Positions 31,163 to 41,506 of a stretch of 64,000 nucleotides of DNA are shown here, piece by piece. Each line of letters opens with the position of its first letter. The first letter of the stretch is position 1. The stretch is from Gammaproteobacteria bacterium (GTDB lineage: Bacteria; Pseudomonadota; Gammaproteobacteria; JAJPIJ01): assembly GCA_046347035.1 (NCBI GenBank), contig JAXMGY010000004.1, positions 16,262 through 80,261 on the forward strand, in the 5' to 3' direction. The notes beneath the pieces are model-generated. The model did not search any database. It saw only the letters and a list, made by a program, of their open reading frames with translations, and was not told where the DNA came from. A program made the position numbers and the translations under genes.

Positions 31163-32434
31163 ATGAAAGATTTTCTGACTCATCATTTGCAGCTTGATCG
31201 CCGTCTGGTCGAGATTGCCCAGTCAATAAAACTGCTGACGGCATTAGCGTGGCCGCAGTCGGTACATGAAGAATTTTCGCATGGGCTTAAGCTCGGAAAC
31301 CCGCAACTGCCCATCGTCGAATATCCCGACTTTGGCGCTCAGCGCTACATCGAACCATTGCGCGACATCATGGATGCCTGCGATCGCGGCGATCCGGTTG
31401 GCCAGTACGTCTACCGAACCGCCGAGAGCTATCACATTGCCGCACAGATGCTCGCGAACATTGGACGCCCCTTGTTCACTGAATTGTCGGTGCGACTCTA
31501 TGGCCAACCCAATGACCGCATCGCACCGGGTTCAGTGACGCACCTGGACGCGGCGAACTTCTTCGCCGATATCACCCGCGATTTCACCGAAGTCGCTTCG
31601 GTGCCCGAGACGAATTTCTCGCTCAATTCCGAACAAGTCGCCGAAGCACTGCGCGAAGAACTGGTACCATTTTTCCATCGGCATGAAGTCAAAGTGGTCA
31701 TCGATCCGAACATGGCGTCGCGTGCCGCCGCCGGCGCGCAGCGGATAAGATTACGCGCAGCGACGAAGTTTTCAGCTCGGGATATTGCGCAACTGGTCCA
31801 TCACGAGGGATACGTGCACATGCTCACCGCGCTTAACGGGCGCGAGCAACCGCACCTCGGTAGCCTAGCGCTAGGCTCGCCGCGCACCACCTGGACGCAG
31901 GAAGGGCTGGCAACGTTTTCGGAGCTGGTTAGCGCTTCCATCGATCTGCATCGCATGCGCCGCATCGCCTTGCGTACACACGCCGTACAAATGGGCTTGG
32001 ACGGTGCGGACTTTCTGGAGATCTTCCGTTATTTTCTCGACGCTGGACAGGATGAATACGAAAGCTTCCAATCGACCGCACGCATCTTCCGCGGCGGTGA
32101 TACGCGCGGCGGCGTGGTTTTTACCAAGGATGTGGTTTACCTGCAGGGTCTGCTACGCACCCATACTTTTTTGCGCAAGGCAGTGCAATCGAACAAATTT
32201 CACTACGCCGAGCACTTATTCGCCGGCCGCATGACACTGGGCGATATCGTCGCACTGGAACCGCTGTTCGCCAGCGGGGTAATCGTTCCGCCGGCATACG
32301 AACCACCTTGGTTGCAACAGCGCAGTTGCCTGGCCGCCTACCTCTGCTACTCGGTGTTCGCCAATCGGATCAATCTCGCTTCGGTGACGCTGGATGACTT
32401 CCACGATTTGGAAGATAGCGCTGTCGGTCGGTAA
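31163..32434 (+). CDS. flavohemoglobin expression-modulating QEGLA-motif protein (DUF1704)
   Basis: 423 aa containing the family-defining TWTQEGLATFSE motif. Confidence 0.8.
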   Translation: MKDFLTHHLQLDRRLVEIAQSIKLLTALAWPQSVHEEFSHGLKLGNPQLPIVEYPDFGAQRYIEPLRDIMDACDRGDPVGQYVYRTAESYHIAAQMLANIGRPLFTELSVRLYGQPNDRIAPGSVTHLDAANFFADITRDFTEVASVPETNFSLNSEQVAEALREELVPFFHRHEVKVVIDPNMASRAAAGAQRIRLRAATKFSARDIAQLVHHEGYVHMLTALNGREQPHLGSLALGSPRTTWTQEGLATFSELVSASIDLHRMRRIALRTHAVQMGLDGADFLEIFRYFLDAGQDEYESFQSTARIFRGGDTRGGVVFTKDVVYLQGLLRTHTFLRKAVQSNKFHYAEHLFAGRMTLGDIVALEPLFASGVIVPPAYEPPWLQQRSCLAAYLCYSVFANRINLASVTLDDFHDLEDSAVGR

Positions 32435-32460
32435 GCACAACTCAAAACCGTTGAGAATTG

Positions 32461-34044
32461 CTACGCGCCACGCCGACCTTCGAAACCCAAGACATCGCGC
32501 GGACTGACGACTTCGGCTCCCCAGGTCGTACCGGTGGGGATGTAAATCACATCTCCGGCGCGCAGCAACAATGACTCTCCTTCAATAATCAGTTTCAACT
32601 CACCCTGATAGAGCGCGCACACGCTCTCACCTTCGGCGGTCTTGTCCGGCAACACACTGCTCGGCGGATAACCCACAGAATCGGTCTTGAAGCCGCGTAT
32701 GATGAGCTTGTGCAGCATGGCCTGCTTTGAAAGCATGTCGTCGGACTTCGGATTCCAATGTTCGAGCTTGAGCTTATCCATGGTTCGAAACGCAACCACG
32801 CAATTGCCGCCCTGGAAGCGCGCTTCATAGAGCGCCTTGTCCAAGCGCTGAATTAATTCCGCGGGCTGATACTCCTTCACCGGGATCAACGTTGCCACGC
32901 CGATATGCGCGGTCATCGTTTGCCCGATGTTGGTCTTCTCGTGCGGAATTTTCTGCGCCTCGATGCGCTTGCGCAGCGCATCGCCCATGCGGACGGCATT
33001 GCGGCTATCGCAGTCCGGCAACAGGATGGCAATGATGTTGCCATCGTAGCGTGCAGCCAGATCGCCGGGACGCCGACCCACTGCCGAGGCCAGTTTGGCG
33101 ACACGATGCAGCAGCGCGTCGGACGCCTGTGCACCATAGGTTTCGGTGTAATGTGCAAACTCGTCTATACCACACATCATCAACGAAAGTGGTCTCTTGG
33201 CGCGCAGTTGCCGGCGCCACTCGGCATCAAGGTGTTCCTCGAAGGTTCGGCGGTTCGCGATACCCGTAACCGGACACAGCGGCGAAACGCGACTCAGCGT
33301 TTCCGACAGCGCATGTGCCTTGCTGCGCATCAACGCCAATTCATTTGCCGCTTCGCGCGCTTCATTCTCCGCTTGCTGGCGACGATTGATGTCTGTGCGC
33401 ATGGTTTGATTGATGCGCTCGTACTCGCCACGCCGTGCCTCGACCTGCCCGCGTAGTTGTTGCGCCTCATCTTCCAAGTTAAGCAACCGGCTATTGGCTC
33501 GGAACAATGTCGTCGAGGTAAAAAACACCAACGCCAAGGCCACCAGCATGATAACCCCTACTGTCAGCGCCTCACCGCCACCTCGGATGAAAAGCGTCAG
33601 CGTCGGCAGTAGCGTCGCTGGCAGGGCAAAACTCCACACCGGCTCACGCGCACCGTTGAAGATTGGCACTGCGCATATGGAAATGACGGCCAGCCAAAGC
33701 GCAATGATGCTCGCCTGTTCTGTCTGCGCCTTGTGCATGGCAACGACCGCCAATCCACCGAATGCCAGCCCAATCACCACCGCACCGGTCAGTAGGGTGC
33801 GATTGGCGGCGGCCGGCGCGGCTGACTTGCGGCTAGTGGGACGAATACGGCTGACCGCAACCGCGCGCACGCTGGCAGCCGCAATCACCACCAGCAACCA
33901 CACCAACAATGGAACGCTTCCCACGAGGTTCCTGCACAGGAACGCGGTTACCAATGCCGCAACGGCCAGAGCGATAGACTCCGTCGGCCATTGCCGTACA
34001 AAACTCCCGGTGGCTTCGAGCACCGACTCCCGATTTGCCGCCAT
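32461..34044 (-). CDS. membrane sensor with degenerate GGDEF domain and C-terminal cupin domain
   Basis: The N-terminal ~200 aa have multiple TM helices, followed by a coiled-coil. The GGDEF fold is present but the signature is degenerate (RYDGNIIAIL instead of RYGGEEF). C-terminal cupin (GDVIYIPTGTTWG). Confidence 0.75.
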   Translation of the reverse strand: MAANRESVLEATGSFVRQWPTESIALAVAALVTAFLCRNLVGSVPLLVWLLVVIAAASVRAVAVSRIRPTSRKSAAPAAANRTLLTGAVVIGLAFGGLAVVAMHKAQTEQASIIALWLAVISICAVPIFNGAREPVWSFALPATLLPTLTLFIRGGGEALTVGVIMLVALALVFFTSTTLFRANSRLLNLEDEAQQLRGQVEARRGEYERINQTMRTDINRRQQAENEAREAANELALMRSKAHALSETLSRVSPLCPVTGIANRRTFEEHLDAEWRRQLRAKRPLSLMMCGIDEFAHYTETYGAQASDALLHRVAKLASAVGRRPGDLAARYDGNIIAILLPDCDSRNAVRMGDALRKRIEAQKIPHEKTNIGQTMTAHIGVATLIPVKEYQPAELIQRLDKALYEARFQGGNCVVAFRTMDKLKLEHWNPKSDDMLSKQAMLHKLIIRGFKTDSVGYPPSSVLPDKTAEGESVCALYQGELKLIIEGESLLLRAGDVIYIPTGTTWGAEVVSPRDVLGFEGRRGA

Positions 34045-34049
34045 AGTTC

Positions 34050-34797
34050 ATCCCCCCGGATGGAATATGGCGCTAGTATAACCGCGCATTTGGCTTATTT
34101 ACCCTAGCGGCGTTGCCTCGGCTTACTGGTTTACTGCCTCTTGCCGACAAATTGCTGCGCCGGACTAGGCCTTAAGCGCCCGGTTCGTATCCAAAATTGC
34201 TGGCCGCGTTGTCAGGCTTAGAGGCTGTGAGCGCACATCAAACAGCTTAAGGAAAATGCAGCATCCACCGCCATCTTCAACAACGGGACGCCTAAAGACC
34301 CACTGGTAGCCCATGATCTATTCGACTGTCTTCACGTGCCGGAAGCGGCATACTGGGGGTGAGCGTTTCCGGAATGCCCCATTGCTCGAACAACCGACGT
34401 TGAATTAGCTTCACCCGGGCGAGATTTTTTCGCGAGGCCCAAGATAATCGATGCGAATGCGATCACGAGCCGCAATCAGTTCGAATAAAATCAATTTGAA
34501 CCAAAGCTCGGTAACATGTGCTGGACAAAAAAATAGCAACTCGTCATGACGCAGTGGAGTGCTCAGCGTTTTCTGCGCGCCCAGCAGGGATGGAAAATCC
34601 AAATACTCCACATGGGTCAACCGCTCTTTAGATGGCGGTGAATACCTTCTTACAGTGAATGCGATGACGTTGCAGGTTAAATCGACAAACCTCGAATGCG
34701 GTTTCATTGGAGAACCGCGTACTGCGACAACATCTCGCACTCGCCGCAGGATTATAGGTGACCACATCGGCGGCCTTGACTGTCCAAATGCTCGCAC
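34050..34797 (-). pseudogene. kynA: tryptophan 2,3-dioxygenase (kynA), frameshifted
   Basis: ORF 34411..34797 carries the TDO N-terminal motif (LFFCPAHVTELWFKLILFELIAARD...YLGPREK). A TDO middle segment (EQWGIPETLTPS) continues downstream in another frame. Confidence 0.5.
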
Positions 34798-34903
34798 GCA
34801 TTACGCACCATTGCCGATACTTGAAAAAAAACTGATCAAAACCAACACGGAACTTAAACATCCAATATAGTGGTAAAAGCCAGAGGGAAAATTTCTTGCT
34901 TCT

Positions 34904-35220
34904 CTACTCGCGCACCGTACGCGCAATCGCATCCAGGCTCACCACCGATTCATTACCCAACACTTCGGCGCTATGAATGGTTCCAGCCGGAACGCGCAGC
35001 CACTGGCCGGGCCCCAAATCGAAAGCAACACCAGCAATTGTGATGCGAAAGGTTCCACTCAGTACCGCGTCAATTTTCTCAACTGCGTGCGTGTGACTAG
35101 GAAAAACCGTTCCTGGCGCATATTCGTAGCAAAAGACATCAAATCCACGTTGCTGCAACTTCCGTCGCATCGCCTCGGCAGTGAGTGGCCCATCCCGATC
35201 GAGATCCCAGCTCCCCGATT
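34904..35220 (-). CDS. small cupin-domain protein
   Basis: The C-terminal ~100 aa of the artificial 359-aa ORF form a stand-alone cupin (YAPGTVFPSHTHAVEKIDAVLSGTF...GPGQWLRVPAGTIHSAEV). The start is uncertain. Confidence 0.45.
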
Positions 35221-35226
35221 CAGCGA

Positions 35227-35983
35227 TCATCGCCAGCGCACATCCGTAGAGGAGGGCTGCGCCGGATTGAATAGCCGGACATCCGAATACTTGAAAAATG
35301 GGATGAGCACCATGCCAGCAATGAAACCGCCGATATGTGCGAAAAAAGCCACGCCGCCACCAGCGCCACGCGCCGCGCCAGAACTTAGAATTTGAAACAC
35401 AAACCAAAGCCCGAGCACCAGAACGGCAGGCAAGCGCATCATCTGCGTCATGACGCCAAGTGGCACCAGCGTCAGCACTCGAGCATGCGGATACAGCAAC
35501 AGGTAGGCACCGAGCACGCCAGAGATTGCGCCGCTGGCGCCGATCATCGGCACTTCCGAATTCGGATTGATCAATGCCTGTCCCAGTGCCGCGGCCCACC
35601 CCACAGATCAAGTAGAAGAACACAAAGCGCGCATGCCCCATCGCATCCTCGACGTTGTTACCGAAAATCCACAGGTAGAGCATATTGCCCACCAAGTGCA
35701 TCAAGCCCCCATGCAGAAACATGGAGGTGAAAATCGTCGCCTCCGGTGGTATCCATGCAAGCTCCGACGGCAGATGCATGTGGTCCAACAACACGGCGGG
35801 TATGACTCCAAGGCTGAATATCACGCGTTCACCGCCCTCGCGACCAAGCGACATCTGCCACAGAAACGTCATCACACACATGGCGATCAGAACAACGGTA
35901 ACTATAGGTTTGATGCGGGTCGGATTATCATCATGCAGCGGAATCATGGAGCCCCTGCCTTTGGTTTTGTAATCGTGCAGCAA
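35227..35983 (-). pseudogene. rhomboid-family intramembrane serine protease with one frameshift near 35600
   Basis: The N-terminal half (frame of ORF 34904..35983: ...FLHGGLMHLVGNMLYLWIFGNNVED) and C-terminal half (ORF 35227..35604: GASGAISGVLGAY...FFAHIGGFIAG) carry the rhomboid catalytic Ser and His motifs in different frames. Confidence 0.65.
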
Positions 35984-36131
35984 GTTTAACCGCGTGTTAC
36001 GGTCGGCTGCCAGACTGATGAGACGCTATCAGGGATCCCGCGCGTTAGTAACGCGAGCGCGATGAGGTTGTCGCCTTCCCCGCGTACGTGGGAAGATTTA
36101 TACGGGGGTGTTGCCGAACGCGCTGAATGCT

Positions 36132-37004
36132 CTAGCCGCGCAAGCGGTATACGACACCGCGCGGGCAACGAACCATGTCGAATTCGGACGAATAACTGGC
36201 CATTGGCTCCGAACCGCCGAGGAACAGGAAGCCGCGCGGCTTCAGCACCTTGGCGATGCGAGCAAGAATATCGCGCTTATTATCGTTGGAGAAATAAATC
36301 AATACATTACGGCAGAACACCACGTCAAACGGCCCCAGCATGGAGAAGCTCTGCTGCAGGTTCACTTCGCGAAACTCCACGCGCGCGCGCACATCATCGC
36401 GCACCCGCATGCGCTCACCCACCTTGGTAAAAAACTTGTTGCGACGTTCCATCGACAGGCCGCGATTGATTTCCAGCTCATCGTAGCCACCGTCGCGCGC
36501 CTGGCGAATGACACTCGGTGAAATGTCAGTCGCGAGCACGCTCACGCCCGCCGACAAAGTTCCTGGTCTAGCTTGCTGATACTCCGACACCACCATGCTG
36601 ATGGAATACGCTTCCTGTCCGGTGGATGATGCCGCCGACCAGATGCGAATGGGCTGTCCACGTGAGCCTCCCAATTCCGGGAATATCATGTCGCGCAAGA
36701 TCTCAAATGGATACTCATCGCGGAACCACAGCGTTTCGTTAGTGGTCATGGCATCGACCACGCGCACTTTCAAATTCGGCGAAGCGCTGCGTTCCAACAT
36801 GTTGAGCAAATCGCCCAATGTCGGAGTCGCCACCTCATCCATGATCCGACTCAAACGGCTGCGAATGAGATAGCCCTTGTTGGCGCCCAGCGTAATGCCG
36901 CTGGCCGCTTCCAGGTAACGACAGAAGCGCTCGTAATCCTGTGGCGATATTTCACCACGCGGAGCGCCGGTTGCCGTATTGTTCCCAGTTGTGGCTAAAG
37001 CCAT
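36132..37004 (-). CDS. cheR: chemotaxis protein methyltransferase
   Basis: 290 aa with the SAM-dependent MTase motif IWSAASSTGQEAYSISMV and a CheR N-terminal domain. Confidence 0.9.
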   Translation of the reverse strand: MALATTGNNTATGAPRGEISPQDYERFCRYLEAASGITLGANKGYLIRSRLSRIMDEVATPTLGDLLNMLERSASPNLKVRVVDAMTTNETLWFRDEYPFEILRDMIFPELGGSRGQPIRIWSAASSTGQEAYSISMVVSEYQQARPGTLSAGVSVLATDISPSVIRQARDGGYDELEINRGLSMERRNKFFTKVGERMRVRDDVRARVEFREVNLQQSFSMLGPFDVVFCRNVLIYFSNDNKRDILARIAKVLKPRGFLFLGGSEPMASYSSEFDMVRCPRGVVYRLRG

Positions 37005-37048
37005 TGCCCTGTCTCTTGTTGCTTATTTTGTGTTAAACGCGGCTAGAA

Positions 37049-38029
37049 TTACGCGGCGCGCTTGGACTGCATCGCCGCCAAGCGTTCGGCGACCATTTTC
37101 GCCAAGTCATCCGGATCGAACTTCGGGATCAGCTTATCGGCCTTGACGCGCTTGGCCATGTGTTCATTGAAGGTGCCGCTTAGCGAAGTATGCAAGCACA
37201 CGAACATGTTTTGCATTTGCGGATGACTCTTGATATTGGTAGCCAAGGTGTAGCCATCCATCTCCGGCATTTCAACGTCGGAGATAACCATAGCAATCTT
37301 TTGGTCCATGGGGGTCTCATCCTTGGCGGCCTCGGCTAACAACAACTCCCAGGCTTGACGGCCGTTTTCGGCCACCACGTATGGAACGCCCGTCTGCTCC
37401 AGCACGCGCATGATTTGCTTGCGCGCCATGGCCGAATCGTCGGCGATGAAAATCTTGGCCGCGCATTCAGTGCCAACTTTCGCCACCGCAGCGGCGACGT
37501 TTTGTGAGACATCCTGTTTCAGGCCGATGACTTCGCTCAATACCTTTTCGACATCGATGATTTCGACCAGCTCATTGTCGATTTGGGTTACGGCAGTGAG
37601 ATAGTTGTTCTGGCCAATGCCGCTCGGAGGTGGCTTCACGTCATCCCAATTCTTGTTGACGATGCGATCGACCTTGCCAACCATGAAGCCCAGCACCAAA
37701 CGGTTGTACTCGGCGACGATGACAAAAGTTTCGTTCAAATTCGTTAGCGGGCGGCGGCCGATGGCGGCGCTGAGGTCCATGACGGTGATGGTCTGGCCGC
37801 GCATGTTGGCGACGCCGGAGATCACCGGATGTGAATGCGGCATGCGGGTGAGCGGCGGACACTTGATGACTTCACGCACCTTGAACACATTGATGCCAAA
37901 GCGCTGGTTCGTGCTGAGCTTGAACAGCAGCAGTTCAAACTTGTTTCGCCCCACAAGTTGCGTCAAGCGGTTGACGCCATCCATTACACTGCCCATAGAC
38001 TTCGCTCCCCCGTAAATTCCGGAATCCAA
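37049..38029 (-). CDS. cheV: CheV (CheW-like domain plus receiver domain)
   Basis: 326 aa with an N-terminal CheW fold and C-terminal REC (MVISDVEMPEMDGYTL...). Confidence 0.85.
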   Translation of the reverse strand: MDSGIYGGAKSMGSVMDGVNRLTQLVGRNKFELLLFKLSTNQRFGINVFKVREVIKCPPLTRMPHSHPVISGVANMRGQTITVMDLSAAIGRRPLTNLNETFVIVAEYNRLVLGFMVGKVDRIVNKNWDDVKPPPSGIGQNNYLTAVTQIDNELVEIIDVEKVLSEVIGLKQDVSQNVAAAVAKVGTECAAKIFIADDSAMARKQIMRVLEQTGVPYVVAENGRQAWELLLAEAAKDETPMDQKIAMVISDVEMPEMDGYTLATNIKSHPQMQNMFVCLHTSLSGTFNEHMAKRVKADKLIPKFDPDDLAKMVAERLAAMQSKRAA

Positions 38030-38061
38030 GAATGACGCTGGAAACAGGCGTCACGGGTAAA

Positions 38062-38088
38062 TATCGTCCCCCGTCGGACAAATCTTTA
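38062..38088 (-). promoter_or_regulatory. candidate sigma-28 (FliA) promoter for cheV-cheR
   Basis: The minus strand reads TAAAGATT-N11-GGACGATA (consensus TAAAGTTT-N11-GCCGATAA) about 35 nt upstream of the cheV start. Confidence 0.4.
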
Positions 38089-38203
38089 GACTTATTCAGT
38101 TCGAGCAGTGAGTCCGCGGCTTAAAAAGGAAGCCAAGACCAGGAAAACGCTTCATGTTTTCTCACCGCCGGACCCAAACCGAGCGAGGCACAGTACTTGC
38201 TTT

Positions 38204-38950
38204 GCCCCTGGTATGAAGCGTTTTATCGGCACTCGCACACCCCAAAATCGGTTTGCCATGGCGGCGGTCCTGGCAGCGCTATTCAGCTCCGGTACCACGG
38301 CTGAGGGACTGCAGTCGCCGGAATCCATCCGCCAGGCGGCACAGGAAATCGCCGAGCAGTCAGTGGGTAACGAGCTTGAAGCAACCAGCGCGACCACGGC
38401 TTCAGTGAACGTCGGGCAAGTTGACCCCAGGTTGCACTTGCCAGCCTGCTCTGAAGCATTGGAGGGCTTCCTTCCCAGCAATGTGCCGGCACGCACCAAT
38501 CTCACCGTCGGCGTTCGCTGCAATGGCAGCTCGCCCTGGACGGTCTACGTTCCCGTACAGGTTTCCGTGATGCGCCCGGTCGTCGTGCTCGCAAGGCCGG
38601 TGCCACGCGGCACGGTGCTCAGCGCCGAGGACATTAGAATGGACAGCCGCAACGTGGGCACGTCGGCCGGCTATTTTGATGACTCCGCCAGCGTTATCGG
38701 TAAGGTGCTTATCCGGTCCGGTAACGCCGGGCAAGTTATCAACCCAACGCAGCTCACCAGCAGCACGGCGATCAAGCGCGGCCAGCAAGTCACATTAAGC
38801 GCCGGCAGCGGCGCCGTGGCGGTAAAGATGTCTGGCACCGCCATGGCTGACGCCGCCGTGGGCGACCGGCTCAAGGTCAAAAATAACACGTCGGCCAGAG
38901 TGGTCGAGGGCGTCGTGCAACCGGATGGTTCAGTGGCCGTGGACCTGTAA
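38204..38950 (+). CDS. flgA: flagellar basal-body P-ring formation chaperone FlgA
   Basis: ORF 38108..38950 has a signal peptide and the SAF/FlgA C-terminal signature (GDRLKVKNNTSARVVEGVV). The start was taken at the internal MKRF. Confidence 0.75.
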   Translation, partial: APGMKRFIGTRTPQNRFAMAAVLAALFSSGTTAEGLQSPESIRQAAQEIAEQSVGNELEATSATTASVNVGQVDPRLHLPACSEALEGFLPSNVPARTNLTVGVRCNGSSPWTVYVPVQVSVMRPVVVLARPVPRGTVLSAEDIRMDSRNVGTSAGYFDDSASVIGKVLIRSGNAGQVINPTQLTSSTAIKRGQQVTLSAGSGAVAVKMSGTAMADAAVGDRLKVKNNTSARVVEGVVQPDGSVAVDL

Positions 38951-39007
38951 TCCGTCCCAATTTAGCCACCGAGTACGTGAACAAATGACAGTTTTTTGTG
39001 CTTGGCC

Positions 39008-39034
39008 TAAAGTTGCAGCCGGATCGGCCGCTAG
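39008..39034 (+). promoter_or_regulatory. sigma-28 (FliA) promoter upstream of flgM
   Basis: TAAAGTTG-N11-GCCGCTAG matches TAAAGTTT-N11-GCCGATAA. It ends about 30 nt before the flgM RBS (AGGAG) and start codon. Confidence 0.55.
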
Positions 39035-39063
39035 GGCAAGTACACAATAAAGGAGTAGGCAAC

Positions 39064-39393
39064 ATGGTTGCAGAAGTGAAAGGTACAACGAGCGGCGTGG
39101 TCAATCCGGCCAACCAGCGGCCGGCCACGCAAGAGGTCAATGCGGTCAAGCCACCGGTTCAAACCGGTCAGGCCGGCGGCGAGCAAGTGCACATTACGTC
39201 CAAAGCGACGGAATTGCAGGACCTTGAAAAACACGTCAAGGCGGCCCCGGACGTCGATGTCGAGCGGGTCAACCGCATTCGCGACGCGATCTCCGATGGC
39301 AGCTACAAGATCGACAACGACAAGCTGGCGCAGAACATTCTGCGTCAGGAAATGATGATGATGGCTCCGACCAAAGGAGTTGAGAAGAAATGA
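39064..39393 (+). CDS. flgM: anti-sigma-28 factor FlgM
   Basis: 109 aa with the conserved C-terminal sigma-28-binding helix (DVDVERVNRIRDAISDGSYKIDNDKLAQNIL). There is an RBS, and the stop overlaps the flgN start. Confidence 0.8.
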   Translation: MVAEVKGTTSGVVNPANQRPATQEVNAVKPPVQTGQAGGEQVHITSKATELQDLEKHVKAAPDVDVERVNRIRDAISDGSYKIDNDKLAQNILRQEMMMMAPTKGVEKK

Positions 39394-39851
39394 CGTCCGC
39401 CAAAGACCGTTTGCTGGAGCTGACCGGCGCCCATATTCGCTTGCTCACCGAACTGGAGCAGGTGTTGGACGCTGAAGCGGCTGCATTGGGCAAACGGCAA
39501 TTGGCAGAACTGCAGTCAGCCACGGATCGCAAGAGCGAACTGCTCACGCAGATCGAAACCATGACCAAGGAATTCACTGCGCTCTGCCAGCAAGTCGGCG
39601 TACAACCCCACAAGGGCGGCCTTACCGGCGCCAATGTCACCGCAGTGATGTCTGAAGCATGGTTACGCATGTGCCGCCTGCTGGAACAGTGCGACAAGAA
39701 GAATCGCAGCAACGGCATCGCCATCAATGCCAGCCGCAATTTCGCGGAGAATCTCTTGTCGCTGTTGCGCGGTCAGGCACCGAGCCAAACCTATGGCCGC
39801 ACTGGTGCGGTGTACGGCTCTGCCGGCGCCAAAGCACTCGGCAGCGCATAG
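39390..39851 (+). CDS. flgN: flagellar export chaperone FlgN
   Basis: 153-aa helical protein translationally coupled to flgM. Canonical flgM-flgN pair. Confidence 0.7.
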   Translation: MTSAKDRLLELTGAHIRLLTELEQVLDAEAAALGKRQLAELQSATDRKSELLTQIETMTKEFTALCQQVGVQPHKGGLTGANVTAVMSEAWLRMCRLLEQCDKKNRSNGIAINASRNFAENLLSLLRGQAPSQTYGRTGAVYGSAGAKALGSA

Positions 39852-39883
39852 CACTTCCAAGCGGCGCCTGGGGGAGCGTCACG

Positions 39884-40663
39884 ATGTCTTTGTGGCCATT
39901 CAAGCGCGCTGTTGCCACGATACCCCCCGAGGAAGAACCCGAGCCGTCCACTTCTTTCACCCAGCCGGACAAGATTGAACACCGCTCGCAGATCGCGCGC
40001 GTGCTCGATCAGCTAATCGAAAACCGTTGCGTGCTGGCAGTGAGCTTCACCGGTGTTGACGACAACTACTCCAGCGCTGTTATTGAAGTGGTGCGCAATG
40101 ATGACTACTTGGTCATCGATGAACTGGCGCCGCGCGCGGTCAATCAGCATGTGACGGTTGGCCAGGAAGTGACCATTCGCGCGCGCATGAACAATGTGAC
40201 TGTTCGCTTCACCAGCACCGTTAGCGGTATCGGCAATGAGGATGGGCTGGCCTATTACCGCCTGCCGTTTCCGGCCAGCCTTGACTACGTGCAAAGGCGC
40301 GAGCATTACCGCGCCGGTGTGCCACTGGAGAAGAAAATCCCGGTGCAGCTCGCGCTCACCGACGGCACGCTGCATAACGCCGAATTGCGCGATGTTTCCC
40401 TTGGCGGTTTCAGCGCACGCCTGATCGGCGCACTGCCCAACGGATTCACGCCCGGCAACACTATCAAGCACCTTATCATCGTCCTGCCAGGCGCATCGCA
40501 AATTCATGGCAGCGGGCAGATTTGCTATGCAGAGTTGGCTGCAAGTTCGCGGGTATCGCGCTGCGGTGTACGCTTCCTGCGCATCGACCGCGTCGATCAG
40601 AACACCCTCGCGCAGTTCATTGCCCAACTCGACCGCGAAATGAAGCGCAAGCATCTGCGCTAA
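39884..40663 (+). CDS. PilZ-domain c-di-GMP-binding flagellar brake protein (YcgR/FlgZ-like)
   Basis: 259 aa from the internal Met with an N-terminal YcgR-type domain and PilZ motifs (RREHYRAGV ... DVSLGGFSARL). It follows flgN as in the Pseudomonas flgZ locus. Confidence 0.8.
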   Translation: MSLWPFKRAVATIPPEEEPEPSTSFTQPDKIEHRSQIARVLDQLIENRCVLAVSFTGVDDNYSSAVIEVVRNDDYLVIDELAPRAVNQHVTVGQEVTIRARMNNVTVRFTSTVSGIGNEDGLAYYRLPFPASLDYVQRREHYRAGVPLEKKIPVQLALTDGTLHNAELRDVSLGGFSARLIGALPNGFTPGNTIKHLIIVLPGASQIHGSGQICYAELAASSRVSRCGVRFLRIDRVDQNTLAQFIAQLDREMKRKHLR

Positions 40664-40916
40664 GAGTTCCGTTCCGCTCACTTGCGCACCGCGATACATT
40701 CGCTCGCTCGCGCGCCGTTTCCGTGCACGCGTCCCGTCGTCCCCGCGAAGGCGGGGACCCAGTAAAAATGCATTCCTTAGATCAACCCAAACATCGGCGA
40801 TGTACTATCACCGCAGCCGCCCAAAATACCTCGTTAATCCGGAAAGTTGCAGGATAATTCACCACACTGATATTGGCGCAGTTCGCCATCGCGGTTAGAC
40901 TATGCTTTCACTTCGT

Positions 40917-40992
<76 letters not shown>

Positions 40993-41218
40993 AATTTTCC
41001 AGTCGTGCCGTTTTTCAGCGTAAAGCACCGAGGAAGAGGTCGTTGTCGTTTATCTTCGGCACGGGGCTGGTTGAACCATAAACGACGACGCTCCCTTTTC
41101 CGCATTCCAAACTTTCTTTGAATCTGTAAGCGATATGTAAGCGGCGAACGCCGGCTTGGCTCAACTTCTGCAGCCCAATTGAACGTCTGTGGGGCGAAGA
41201 GCACCGCCTATATAGAAA

Positions 41219-41506
41219 CTGACTGGAGAAGCAGCCATAAAAACCACCCTGGCGCGCGAAGACTTTATTACACTGCGTCCGCTTCCAGCGCAGCGTGCGT
41301 TGATTGATCACGCCGCGGCGATGCTCGGCAAGAGCGTTTCGGATTTTATCCTCGAAGCGGCCAGCGAACGTGCGCGCGCCGTCGCATGTGAGCAGGTGTT
41401 CCTGTGTCTTGATACCAAGCGCTTCCGGCAGTTTGCGGCCCGGTCTAATGCGCGCTCGCACGCTCTTGAAGAGGCGTCGCCAACATTTATTGCGAAGGTT
41501 GGTTAG
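41219..41506 (+). CDS. orphan TacA-type (DUF1778, RHH) antitoxin with no GNAT toxin partner
   Basis: Conserved with the TacA core (…KTTLAREDFITLRPLPAQRALIDHAAAMLGKSVSDFILEAASERA...VFLCLDTKRFRQF). No ATG is present; possible CTG/TTG/ATA start. Downstream there is no GNAT ORF in any frame. Confidence 0.55.
   Translation: MTGEAAIKTTLAREDFITLRPLPAQRALIDHAAAMLGKSVSDFILEAASERARAVACEQVFLCLDTKRFRQFAARSNARSHALEEASPTFIAKVG

Noticed and set aside
34904-35983. 359-aa ORF that looks like a rhomboid-cupin fusion
   Set aside because: The apparent fusion comes from a frameshift. The rhomboid catalytic half continues in the frame of ORF 35227..35604, and the cupin is a separate downstream gene.
40739-40758. 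Perfect hairpin GTCCCCGC-GAAG-GCGGGGAC after the PilZ gene
   Set aside because: There is no U-tract on either strand, so it is not a canonical intrinsic terminator. It is more likely a REP-like or stabilising element, and a single copy is not informative.
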